DNA from: Longimicrobiales bacterium
GTDB taxonomy: Bacteria > Gemmatimonadota > Gemmatimonadetes > Longimicrobiales > Gaopeijiaceae
Reading direction: 5' to 3'
Assembly (NCBI GenBank): GCA_965198065.1
Contig: CBDAON010000004.1
Coordinates: 1,600,001-1,664,000, forward strand
Length of the DNA stretch: 64,000 nt
Position numbers and translations under genes: made by a program. The notes below the pieces were generated by a model. That model saw only the letters and a list, made by a program, of their open reading frames with translations. It had not been told where the DNA came from and did not search any database. Each line of letters starts with the position of its first letter. The stretch's first letter is position 1. Below, piece after piece: positions 1-8,629 of the stretch.

Positions 1-77
1 CCGAGCTTCAGGTTGTAGAACTCGAACGTGCGCTCGAGCTGAGTCTGGCTCCTCACCGCCGCCGCGTGACTGGTCAT
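1..77 (-). CDS. ctaE: Cytochrome c oxidase subunit III, N-terminal fragment (runs off window start)
   Basis: ATG at 77 with GAGGAG RBS just after the ctaD stop. Reads MTSHAAAVRSQTQLERTFEFYNLKLG. Identity rests mainly on the II-I-III gene order. Confidence 0.55.
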   Translation of the reverse strand, partial: MTSHAAAVRSQTQLERTFEFYNLKL

Positions 78-88
78 CGTCCGTCTCC

Positions 89-1867
89 TCAGCGGGCGGG
101 GTGGTGGGCGGGGGTGGGGACCTCGGCGCCGCCGGGTTCCCATTGTGGGGTGAAGTCCTCGGGGGCCCCGGGGACGCTGTACTCGTGCGGTCCACGATAG
201 ACCCTCGGGATCTCCCGGAAGTTGCCGTGCGGAGGCGGCGATGGGGCGGACCACTCGAGGGTGGTCGCCTTCCACGGATTCTCATCCGCCTTCTTCCCCC
301 ACCGGATCGAGTAGAGGAAGTTCACCATGAAGATCATCTGGAACGCGAAGAGCGCGAACGCCGAGTACGAGATAAAGGTGTTCAGGGGCTGGAATTGCTG
401 GAGGAACGCGTACTGGTTCGGGTCGTAGAGCCGGCGCATCATCCCCTGAAGGCCGAGCTCGTGCATGGGGAAGAAGACCAGGTTGTAGAACACGAACGTG
501 CCCCAGAAGTGGATCTTGCCCCACAGATCGTTCATAAGAGTTCCGAACATCTTCGGGTACCAGTAGATGATCCCCGCGAAGATCGCGAAGAGGCTCCCCC
601 CGAAGAGCACGTAGTGGAGGTGGGCCACGATGAAGTAGGTGTCGTGGATCAGGATGTCCACCGGTGTCGCGGCCATGAAGACGCCTGAGAGGCCGCCGAT
701 GATGAAGAGCGCCACGAAGGCCACCGCGTGGAGGAAGGGCACGTGGAAGACGATGTTCCCCTTCCAGAGCGTCCCCAGCCAGTTGAACACCTTGATGGCC
801 GATGGGACCGCGATCACGATCGTCGTGAACATGAAGGTGGTGCCGAGCATCGGGTTCATCCCGCTCATGAACATGTGGTGGCCCCACACGATCCATCCGA
901 GGAACGCGATCGAACAGAGTGCGAGCACCATCGCGTGGTATCCGAAGATCGGCTTCCGAGCGCCGTTCGAGATGACTTCCGAGACGATCCCCATGCCCGG
1001 CAGAATGAGGATGTAGACCTCGGGATGCCCGAAGAACCAGAAGAGGTGCTGCCAGAGTAGCGGCTCACCCTGGTTTGCCGGGAGGAAGAACGTCGTCCCC
1101 ACCGCGTGGTCGAAGAACAGCATGATGATCGCCCCTGCCAGGATCGGCATGGCCAGGAGCGCGAGGATCGCCGTGATGAAGAGCGCCCAGACGCTGAGTG
1201 GGAGCCGGAACCAGGTCAGCCCCGGCGCCCGCATGTTGATCACGGTCGTGATGTAGTTCACGGCTCCCGTGATGGACGAGAAGCCCAGGATGAAGAGGGA
1301 GAGGAGCCAGAGCCGCTGGCCCCAATAAACCCCCGTAAAATCGCCGTCGGCCGAGAGCGGAGCGTAAGCCGTCCATCCCGAACCCGCGGCTCCACCCACA
1401 GTGAAGAAGCTCGCGAGCATCAGGAAACCAGAGGGTACCGCGAGCCAGAACGAGAGCATGTTCAGCCTGGGGAAGGCCATGTCTGGGGCCCCGATCTGAA
1501 GCGGGATCAGGAGATTCCCGAAGACCCCCACGAGGAGCGGCATGATCGCGAAGAAGATCATGAACGTGCCGTGCATGGTGAGCAGGGAGTTGTAGAACTC
1601 GGGTAGGATGATCCCCCCCGGTGCCATCGTTTCCGGGAGGACCGTCCCTCCCGGCATGGGCTGTCCCGGAAAGCCCAGCTGCCACCTCATCATCAGGGCC
1701 ATGATCCCGCCCAAGAGCATGAAGATCAGGCTCATGAACAGAAACTGCTTCCCGATCGTCTTGTGGTCCGTCGAGAAGATGTACTTCCGGATGAACGGGA
1801 TCTCCTCGTGGTGCTCCTCGGCATAGGGGAGGAGGTCGTAATCCGTTCTCGTCGCCGTCACGCTCAT
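89..1867 (-). CDS. ctaD: Heme-copper cytochrome c oxidase subunit I, A1 type
   Basis: Motifs TDHK (D-channel), MHGT, WFFGHPEVY (A1-type Glu), WGHHM, AIKVFNW, VAHLHYV, MMRR. Start moved to ATG 1867 (MSVTAT) behind a GAGGG RBS. Confidence 0.97.
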   Translation of the reverse strand: MSVTATRTDYDLLPYAEEHHEEIPFIRKYIFSTDHKTIGKQFLFMSLIFMLLGGIMALMMRWQLGFPGQPMPGGTVLPETMAPGGIILPEFYNSLLTMHGTFMIFFAIMPLLVGVFGNLLIPLQIGAPDMAFPRLNMLSFWLAVPSGFLMLASFFTVGGAAGSGWTAYAPLSADGDFTGVYWGQRLWLLSLFILGFSSITGAVNYITTVINMRAPGLTWFRLPLSVWALFITAILALLAMPILAGAIIMLFFDHAVGTTFFLPANQGEPLLWQHLFWFFGHPEVYILILPGMGIVSEVISNGARKPIFGYHAMVLALCSIAFLGWIVWGHHMFMSGMNPMLGTTFMFTTIVIAVPSAIKVFNWLGTLWKGNIVFHVPFLHAVAFVALFIIGGLSGVFMAATPVDILIHDTYFIVAHLHYVLFGGSLFAIFAGIIYWYPKMFGTLMNDLWGKIHFWGTFVFYNLVFFPMHELGLQGMMRRLYDPNQYAFLQQFQPLNTFISYSAFALFAFQMIFMVNFLYSIRWGKKADENPWKATTLEWSAPSPPPHGNFREIPRVYRGPHEYSVPGAPEDFTPQWEPGGAEVPTPAHHPAR

Positions 1868-1898
1868 TTCCGCGCCCTCGTGGGTTAAGGCATGCTGG

Positions 1899-2648
1899 TC
1901 AATTGTCCGCCCCGGTTCCGCCGCTCTGGCTGGCCGCACCACCGTTCCCTCCTGCGGCGGCCAGATTCTGGGCTCCTGGGGCGGCTCGCGTCGCGATCTG
2001 CTCAGCCTCCCACGCCTCGAACTCGGCCTGGGTCTGCACGATGACCGTGCCGTCCATCGTGTAATGACCGAACCCGCAGAGTTCGGCGCACCCCAGCGTA
2101 TACTCTCCGGTGGTCGTCACCTCGAACCAGATCGGGATCGTCCGCCCGGGAATCGCGTCCTGCTTGATGCGAAACGGGTACACGAAGAAGGAGTGGAGCA
2201 CGTCCTCGGACTCGAGGTGGATCACCACCGGTCGGTTCACCGGTATGTTCAGGCGGTTCAGGAGCGTGAAGTCATCGGCCGTGCGGAGCTGGCCGTCCGC
2301 GCCCGGATAAGCTGCCTCCCACTCGAACTGACGCGCCGTCAGGACGATCTCGTAGCCGTTCGTGGGGAAGGCGCTCGGGTCCTTGAGTCTTTCCCACACG
2401 CCTTTGCTCATGAAGGCCAGCCCGATCACGATCACGGAGGGCACGACGGTCCAGATCACCTCGGCCTTCGTGCTCCCGTGAGTGTATTCGGCCTTCTGAC
2501 CTTCTCTCGCCCGGTACCGGAACAGGAAGTAGACCAGGAGGACCTCGGTGAGGACGAACACCGCGCCCGTGACGATCAGGATGGCGTAATAGAGGCGGTC
2601 GATGTCCGCGCCGTAAGTCGACACGCTCTCGGGGAGCAACCAGTTCAT
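1899..2648 (-). CDS. ctaC: Cytochrome c oxidase subunit II (CuA; no fused cytochrome c)
   Basis: Two TM helices, EVIWT, QFEW, DVLHSF and CuA motif CAELCGFGHYTM. No CxxCH. Confidence 0.96.
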   Translation of the reverse strand: MNWLLPESVSTYGADIDRLYYAILIVTGAVFVLTEVLLVYFLFRYRAREGQKAEYTHGSTKAEVIWTVVPSVIVIGLAFMSKGVWERLKDPSAFPTNGYEIVLTARQFEWEAAYPGADGQLRTADDFTLLNRLNIPVNRPVVIHLESEDVLHSFFVYPFRIKQDAIPGRTIPIWFEVTTTGEYTLGCAELCGFGHYTMDGTVIVQTQAEFEAWEAEQIATRAAPGAQNLAAAGGNGGAASQSGGTGADN

Positions 2649-2698
2649 TCGCTCTCGTCTCCTGATCCCGCCGCTGACGGGACTCGGTCAGAGGTTGA

Positions 2699-3556
2699 TC
2701 AAAAACCTGCGGCGCTCATGGCGACCGGCCCGTGGTCGTGCGGATCGAGCGGCTCCCCTAGCGGAACGACCGCGTTCGCGATCATCCCCTCGTTGAACGT
2801 GAACGTGACCTCAGCCGTCTGCCCGGTCGTCACGGTAACCGTCTGCTCCTGGGTCCCGAGCTGCGAGTGCCAGGCCTCGATTACGTACTCACCCGGCGGG
2901 AGATCTCTCAGATCGAAGGTACCCCCGGCGTCCGAGGCCGCGTGATACGGGTGCGAAGTTACCCCGACGAACGCGTACATCCACCCGTGCACGTCGCACT
3001 CGATCGGAATCATGATCTCGGGAGAGGCGAGCGTTCGATTCATCGTCGGGACCGCCCCTGGCATCCCGAAGTTGAAGGGCCGGTTCGTGGAGGGCGACCC
3101 GCTGACGTTGTGGAGCACGCCGTCCGAGTTACGGAACGTGAGAGTCTGGTCCGCTTGCACGCCGACGACGTGAGGGATGTATTGGCAGCCGTCCTGGTTG
3201 ATCTCGACCGCGGCGCCCGGCACGGGGAAGGTCATGCCCTCGAGCCCCTCCCTCACGTAGATGAAGACGTCGGCCAGGTGCCCGTCTGCGACCTTGAAGT
3301 CCTCGGTCGTGGGGGGCGTCGGGTGCTTGGCCGCACACGCCTCCTCCGAGGATACGTCGATCGGGGAGTTGGCGGGTGCCGTTCCCTCGAACATAACTAT
3401 CCCGCTCACGTGTCCGGCCGTTGCCACGTCGAAGGGCATCTCCGCCGGAGCGGCCGCGGCGCCGCCGCCACCGGAGTCTCCCCCTCCGCATCCCACGGCC
3501 GCGACCGTGAGAACCGCGGGTGCCAGGGCCTTGAACAGCCTCTGCTTCTTTCTCAT
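2699..3556 (-). CDS. Lipoprotein with cupredoxin-like core and carboxypeptidase-regulatory-like C-terminal domain
   Basis: Signal peptide ending AAVGC (lipobox). Contains CQYIPHV, LHNV, CDVHGWM and LPPGEYVIEAWH. Confidence 0.8.
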   Translation of the reverse strand: MRKKQRLFKALAPAVLTVAAVGCGGGDSGGGGAAAAPAEMPFDVATAGHVSGIVMFEGTAPANSPIDVSSEEACAAKHPTPPTTEDFKVADGHLADVFIYVREGLEGMTFPVPGAAVEINQDGCQYIPHVVGVQADQTLTFRNSDGVLHNVSGSPSTNRPFNFGMPGAVPTMNRTLASPEIMIPIECDVHGWMYAFVGVTSHPYHAASDAGGTFDLRDLPPGEYVIEAWHSQLGTQEQTVTVTTGQTAEVTFTFNEGMIANAVVPLGEPLDPHDHGPVAMSAAGF

Positions 3557-3559
3557 GGT

Positions 3560-5221
3560 CTATCCCTCCGGAGTGAGTTCAAGTTCAGGATCAAGTCGAA
3601 GCGCCTGCGACCGCAGGGGCCGCTTCCACCCCCCCTCCTGCTCCCGCTTCTTCGCGCGCCCAACGGCGAGCAGCCCGAGGCCTCCGGTGAGCAGGAAGGC
3701 GACGAACGGCGCGATATAGGTGGAAGGAGGCGTCTCCTCCTCGAGGGTGAGGAAGTACCAGGTGCTGATGGCACCTCGCGTTCCGTCTTCACCACTGTCT
3801 CCGTCCCAGGCGAAGAACGCGACCGGGACCGGTCGGCCGAGCTCGAAACGCAGCTCGCCCTCCCCATCGGTCGGCTCGAACGCGCGGTGGAACACGACTT
3901 GCCACTGTCCGTCTATCCACTGGGCGTCGGAGGTGAGGCCCCCCGCCCCCATCGTCTGGATGTCGCCGATCCCCCGGGCGGTCGCCCGCTGGGCCCCCGC
4001 CTGGTCGCCCTGCCACTGCCAGAGATGGACCGGCGTGCGCGAATCCCCCATAAGAAAGTACGGCCTATCCATCGCTTCCGGGATCTCGACCGGGAGCTGC
4101 ACCGTGAGCCGGTCGGGCCGCGCCCCGGGCTCCCGCCCCGTTCCCTGCGGCTGGAGGGAGGCGAGCACGCGGGGCTGCCAGAGCTCGAGCCACTGGGGAT
4201 CGGGGCTCTGGGAGCGGTCGGTCCAACTCACCCGGATCGCCAGCTCCGCGCTGTCGTGGATGCCCTGGACCCACACGGACCTCACCGCCGGTTCGAACGC
4301 CCGGTCGCCCGTGATGATCTGTCCGACGAGGGGAACGTAGAACGACTCCACGCCGTTCCAGCGCTCGTCCGAGGCCGTTGTCGGAACCCCGGTTCCCTCC
4401 TCGGCGCGCTCGACCACGATGACCTCCCGGACCTCCGGAGGATCCTCGGGAGAGAGGCTGCGCACGTAATGGGCCAGGCTCCACATCTGCTCGTCGGTCA
4501 TGAATCCCGCGTCGAGCAGGTCGGCGAACTGCGGCATCGGGGTCCCGTCGAGCCCGGTGCGGAGCCTCCGAGAGATGTCCTCGACGCTGCCGCCGCCCGT
4601 GAACCGCCAGTTCTGCGTGAGATCGGCCGCGTGAATGGGGTTCTCCCAGTCGTCCTCGAGCTCGGCCGAGCCCGGGCCGTCGCCTCGCCCCGTCTGGCCG
4701 TGGCACTGCCAGCACTCGATCTCGTCGTAGAAGCGGCGTCCCTCCTCGAGCCGCTCCTCAGAGGCGCTCCCCGCGCCGGAGAAGCTGAGCGGAGTGGGAG
4801 CCGGCAGGCTCTCGAACTGCGGATAGAAGCTCTTCACGTACTGGACGAGCGCCTGGCGATCGCTCTCCGGGAGGAGGTCCTCCCACCCGGGCATCGTCGT
4901 GCCCGGCATCCCCAGATTGATCACCTCGAGGATGTCGTCGTCCGTCGGGATGTCGCCACCGGCGGTCGTCCGAATCTGGAAGAGCCCCCGCGTGAAGTCC
5001 CTCGGCCTAGGCAGCATGTACTCGGCGGCCACGCCCATCCCGTCGCCCTGGAGACCATGGCACTGGGAGCACCACTGCTCGTAAACGACCCGACCGGGCT
5101 CGACGTCCTGGGCCTGAGCGGGCGCGGGGACGAGCGTGCCTGCTGCGCCGAGCGTGCTCGTCAGGAGCATTGAAACCATCGCGCCGGTCACTACCGCGGG
5201 GATGCTCGTGGTTGGGCGCAT
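3560..5221 (-). CDS. Membrane-anchored diheme cytochrome c fused to a DOMON-like (EbdC-type) domain
   Basis: Signal peptide (AQA), CSQCH and CWQCH, GMPGTTMP and GTPMP distal-Met motifs, YFLMGD, VAFFAWDG, C-terminal TM helix. Start ATG 5221 or GTG 5224, overlapping the upstream stop. Confidence 0.88.
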   Translation of the reverse strand: MRPTTSIPAVVTGAMVSMLLTSTLGAAGTLVPAPAQAQDVEPGRVVYEQWCSQCHGLQGDGMGVAAEYMLPRPRDFTRGLFQIRTTAGGDIPTDDDILEVINLGMPGTTMPGWEDLLPESDRQALVQYVKSFYPQFESLPAPTPLSFSGAGSASEERLEEGRRFYDEIECWQCHGQTGRGDGPGSAELEDDWENPIHAADLTQNWRFTGGGSVEDISRRLRTGLDGTPMPQFADLLDAGFMTDEQMWSLAHYVRSLSPEDPPEVREVIVVERAEEGTGVPTTASDERWNGVESFYVPLVGQIITGDRAFEPAVRSVWVQGIHDSAELAIRVSWTDRSQSPDPQWLELWQPRVLASLQPQGTGREPGARPDRLTVQLPVEIPEAMDRPYFLMGDSRTPVHLWQWQGDQAGAQRATARGIGDIQTMGAGGLTSDAQWIDGQWQVVFHRAFEPTDGEGELRFELGRPVPVAFFAWDGDSGEDGTRGAISTWYFLTLEEETPPSTYIAPFVAFLLTGGLGLLAVGRAKKREQEGGWKRPLRSQALRLDPELELTPEG

Positions 5222-6006
5222 CACTCGAGCTCCTCCCAGGTCCGAGGTGCAACCCCGGCCTGCTCGTAGAGGAAGATGGTGACGGCCCAGATCTCTTCCG
5301 CGGTCAGGAACTCCTCCCACGCCGGCATCGCGGAGTTCCAGGGCGCCCCTTCGCTGGGAAGGCCGGGTCCCCCCTTCGCGATTCGCCAGAAGACAAAGCT
5401 CTCGGTGAGCTGCGCGATAGTGCCGCCGCCCCGGAGGGTAAGAGGCTGGGGATTGAACCCCAGGGCGAAGTGCCCGAGCCCGTCCAGGTAGTCTCCATGG
5501 CACGCGAGGCAGTTCTGGTAGTAGACCCTCTTTCCGACCTCGAAGGCCTCCTCCACCCGTCCCTCTTCCCGGAGCGGGTTTTCGAGCCCGTTCAGGACCA
5601 TCGTCTCGCCCCGGAACGTGATCTGCGTTGGGTTCGCGGGATGGATGGAGCGGAGCGAGGGCGGGGCCGCGAACTTCGGGCGCACGGTGTCGTAGGTGAC
5701 GACCGCGACCAGCGCCGGGACGAGCACCAGGAAAGTGGCCCTCAGGATCCGGCGCTCGGGCTTCACGAGGAGGCTCCAGATCGGACCCTGGAATGTCCTC
5801 CATCTCTCCTCGTCGGAGCTGACCCACACCAGGAGCCCCACCAGCACGGTCACCGTATACTGGAACACGACGCTCGACGGAACCGGCGCGCTGGCAACAC
5901 CCAGGACGGGCGGGACATAGGGGATCCCGAAGCGGATCACGACGAAAGCCAGGACGACGACGAGCACCGACTGCCAGAATGGGTGCCCGAGGAAGTGTTT
6001 CATCAC
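5221..6006 (-). CDS. Membrane-bound monoheme cytochrome c
   Basis: Three N-terminal TM segments, CLACH, SAMPAW distal Met. GTGA overlap with the upstream gene. Confidence 0.9.
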   Translation of the reverse strand: MMKHFLGHPFWQSVLVVVLAFVVIRFGIPYVPPVLGVASAPVPSSVVFQYTVTVLVGLLVWVSSDEERWRTFQGPIWSLLVKPERRILRATFLVLVPALVAVVTYDTVRPKFAAPPSLRSIHPANPTQITFRGETMVLNGLENPLREEGRVEEAFEVGKRVYYQNCLACHGDYLDGLGHFALGFNPQPLTLRGGGTIAQLTESFVFWRIAKGGPGLPSEGAPWNSAMPAWEEFLTAEEIWAVTIFLYEQAGVAPRTWEELE

Positions 6007-6788
6007 TGCATTCCCGAGAGGTAGCCGACCACCGCCTCGAGCTGGGTGGCGGACAGGCGATCCCCGAAATTGGGCGGCATCATCATCACGAGTTCCTCGT
6101 ACCCTGCCGACGCCTCCGCCTGCGGATCCAGGATCGCGCGGCGGATCTCCTCGGGCGTGAGCCGGGCGCCCACCTGGGTCAGGGGGGGGCCCACCGGAGT
6201 GCCCTCACCTCCGATCTGATGGCACTGGAAGCAGAGGGTCAGGGTGATCACGGCGGGATCGGTGGAAGCGATCTCGAACCCGCCGGCCGGAGTGGCCCCT
6301 TCGGGCGCTGCCTCGGGCGGGATGTCCGCCCCTGTGACCGTGACCTCGCCGCCGTTCGACTCCAGGTACGCCACGATGGACCAGATCTGGGCCTGGCTCA
6401 TTGTGCGGTCTAGCGCCAGCATGATGGGCGGGAAGTCGTCCACGAGGTGATCGGTGGGCGCCACAAGGGATTGATGAAGGTATTCCTTGCAGGACAGGCC
6501 TGAGATACGGGTGCCGCAGCGTGCGCCGATCGTGCCCTGGCCCTCGTAGTCAGAGAGCAGGTTCGGCGCGCGCGCACCCGGAGACTCGGCGTGGCAGGCG
6601 GTGCATCCTCCGGCGCCGGTGAAGAGCGCCTCTCCGGCCGAGACGAGCTCCTCTGGGGAGATGTCGGCCCCGAAGGCCAGCACTTCCGGCACCTCGGACT
6701 GGACCTGTGGAATGATGTTGGCCACCAGCGTATAGAACCCGATGGTGGCGAGCACCACCCCACCGACCTTCAGATCTATCGAACCCAT
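6003..6788 (-). CDS. Membrane-anchored diheme cytochrome c
   Basis: N-terminal TM, CTACH and CFQCH, PIM and MMPP distal Met candidates. Confidence 0.9.
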   Translation of the reverse strand: MGSIDLKVGGVVLATIGFYTLVANIIPQVQSEVPEVLAFGADISPEELVSAGEALFTGAGGCTACHAESPGARAPNLLSDYEGQGTIGARCGTRISGLSCKEYLHQSLVAPTDHLVDDFPPIMLALDRTMSQAQIWSIVAYLESNGGEVTVTGADIPPEAAPEGATPAGGFEIASTDPAVITLTLCFQCHQIGGEGTPVGPPLTQVGARLTPEEIRRAILDPQAEASAGYEELVMMMPPNFGDRLSATQLEAVVGYLSGMQ

Positions 6789-6802
6789 GACCCTCGACCC
6801 CC

Positions 6803-8629
6803 TCAGTGGCCCGGGGCGGGTTGGAGCCCCGTGTCCAGGTCTCGTCCACGCCCCTCTTCAGGGCCGCCAGCCATCGCCGGACGGGGCGCCGGCGTCGCCT
6901 CACGGGCCTTCACGGGGGCGATCTCCGGCTTCGCGATCATCCCCCCGATCCAGAACACGAACGCGATCATGGCGAGGAACAGGAGCACGCACCCGCTGAT
7001 GACCTGCGCTGCGTACCCGAGGGCTGGCGTGGCCGCATAGTCGCTAGTGTCGCGCAAGACCTCGTAGACGTGCCAGTGCTGCCGGATCCCGCTTCTCGCG
7101 AATCCCATGAGGCCCATGAGCCACGTGAAGGTCACGACCAGCACGAAGAGGGCGTATTGCGACCGCGGGGGCATCTGCCCCCAGCGGATCTCGCCCCGCG
7201 ACTGGGCGCGGCGCGCGATCAGGATGTCGAGCGTGAGGACGGCGAAGATCGTGAAGATGACGATGAGCACCTGGTAGACCGAGAAGCCGATCCGCACGAT
7301 CGCCGGGACGAAGTAGCCCCAGATCCCGTAGAACAGGACCACGAGTGCCGCCACCCCGATCACGATCCCCTGGGTGATCGTCCCCGTCTTTGCCCACGAC
7401 ACGGCGGGAATCTTGTTCGCGCGACGGTAGAGGAGGAACGACAGGAACGTGGTCAGGATCATCAGGTTCACAGCCGTGTTCTTCGCGCTCATGACCCCGA
7501 GGGCGCCGAGGAAGGGGTGGAACGTGCCGCCCATGGCGGTCAGCTCCTCCCGGTCGGCAATCATCGAATGGGGCGTGGCCCACACGATCACGCCAATCAC
7601 GAGAACGAGGAGCATCCATTTCGTGTAGGGCGCGAACCGCTCGCCCCCGGGGATCCGTCCCAGGCCCACCCAGAGATAGTAGTTCCCAGCCAGGAAGAGG
7701 ACGCCGATGAGGAAGGCCTGCACGATCCAGAGCCAGCTCATGAAGCCGCCCATCATCGTGACGCCCAGCTGCTGGTTGAACTCGTAGATCTCACGGCCCA
7801 GCCAGTACCCGGCGAAGGGGAGGAGAAGGAAGGTCCCGATCGCGATGAAGTTCCCGACGTAGCCCATCCAGTCGTAGTGCGCCCGCTCCTCCTCGGACTC
7901 GGACTTGAGGAAGCGGTACGCGGCGTACGCGGCCACGATCGACCCGCCGAACACCACGTTCGCGATGAGCCGGTGGATGTTGATGGGCATCCAGGTGGCG
8001 TTCGCGAAGGCGCTCCAGAACTGGACCGTCTCGGGAGCGACGTCCGGCGTGAGCTCCCCGGGAGGGCTCATCATGAACGTGATCCACGCGTTCGCGATGA
8101 ACATCACGACCGTTCCCCAGACGTTCAGGAGCAGCCCCAGCCCCCAGTGGACGAGCTTCGCGCGTCCCTTCTTCCAGTGCTCCCACCCGTAGTAGTACGT
8201 GTAGAGCGTCGCCGACTCGAGGAAGAAGAGCGCCGCGTAGACCCACATGGAAACCCGGAACACGGAGCTCAGGTAGCTCCAGAGCTGCGGGTACTGCGTC
8301 GTGAGGAGGAAGAGGAAGAGCCCCCCGAGGAGCGCCGTGGCGCTGTATGCCACGAGGAGGAGGCGCGTGAACTCCTTTGCGAGGCCGTCGTAGCGCTTGT
8401 CGGTCCCGAAAATCCCGATCGCCTCCGCGATCACGGCGAACATAGGCACGCCGAGCACGAAGGCGGCGAACATGAGGTGTACCTGGGCCACGATCCACAC
8501 GGCGGCCCGGCTCCCGATGAGCGGCACGTCGGCCCCGTACGCGGGCGGGGCATAGCCCTGAGCGAAGAGCGGGATCGCCACGGCGGTCGCGGCGAGTGCC
8601 AGGAGCCCGGGCAGGATCCTCCGCTTCAT
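6803..8629 (-). CDS. Cytochrome bd-like oxidase subunit (CydA fold, no quinol-binding loop)
   Basis: About 13 predicted TM segments. AQVHLMF (CydA H19 equivalent), FFLES (E107), INIHRL (H186), RSGIRQHW in place of GRQPW. No Q-loop and no adjacent cydB. Confidence 0.85.
   Translation of the reverse strand: MKRRILPGLLALAATAVAIPLFAQGYAPPAYGADVPLIGSRAAVWIVAQVHLMFAAFVLGVPMFAVIAEAIGIFGTDKRYDGLAKEFTRLLLVAYSATALLGGLFLFLLTTQYPQLWSYLSSVFRVSMWVYAALFFLESATLYTYYYGWEHWKKGRAKLVHWGLGLLLNVWGTVVMFIANAWITFMMSPPGELTPDVAPETVQFWSAFANATWMPINIHRLIANVVFGGSIVAAYAAYRFLKSESEEERAHYDWMGYVGNFIAIGTFLLLPFAGYWLGREIYEFNQQLGVTMMGGFMSWLWIVQAFLIGVLFLAGNYYLWVGLGRIPGGERFAPYTKWMLLVLVIGVIVWATPHSMIADREELTAMGGTFHPFLGALGVMSAKNTAVNLMILTTFLSFLLYRRANKIPAVSWAKTGTITQGIVIGVAALVVLFYGIWGYFVPAIVRIGFSVYQVLIVIFTIFAVLTLDILIARRAQSRGEIRWGQMPPRSQYALFVLVVTFTWLMGLMGFARSGIRQHWHVYEVLRDTSDYAATPALGYAAQVISGCVLLFLAMIAFVFWIGGMIAKPEIAPVKAREATPAPRPAMAGGPEEGRGRDLDTGLQPAPGH

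Noticed and set aside
3560..8629. Nitrite oxidation inferred from the Nitrospira-like bd-like and EbdC-like genes
   Set aside because: No NxrA/NxrB in the window. The only molybdopterin-family-like gene is actB within a canonical ACIII operon.
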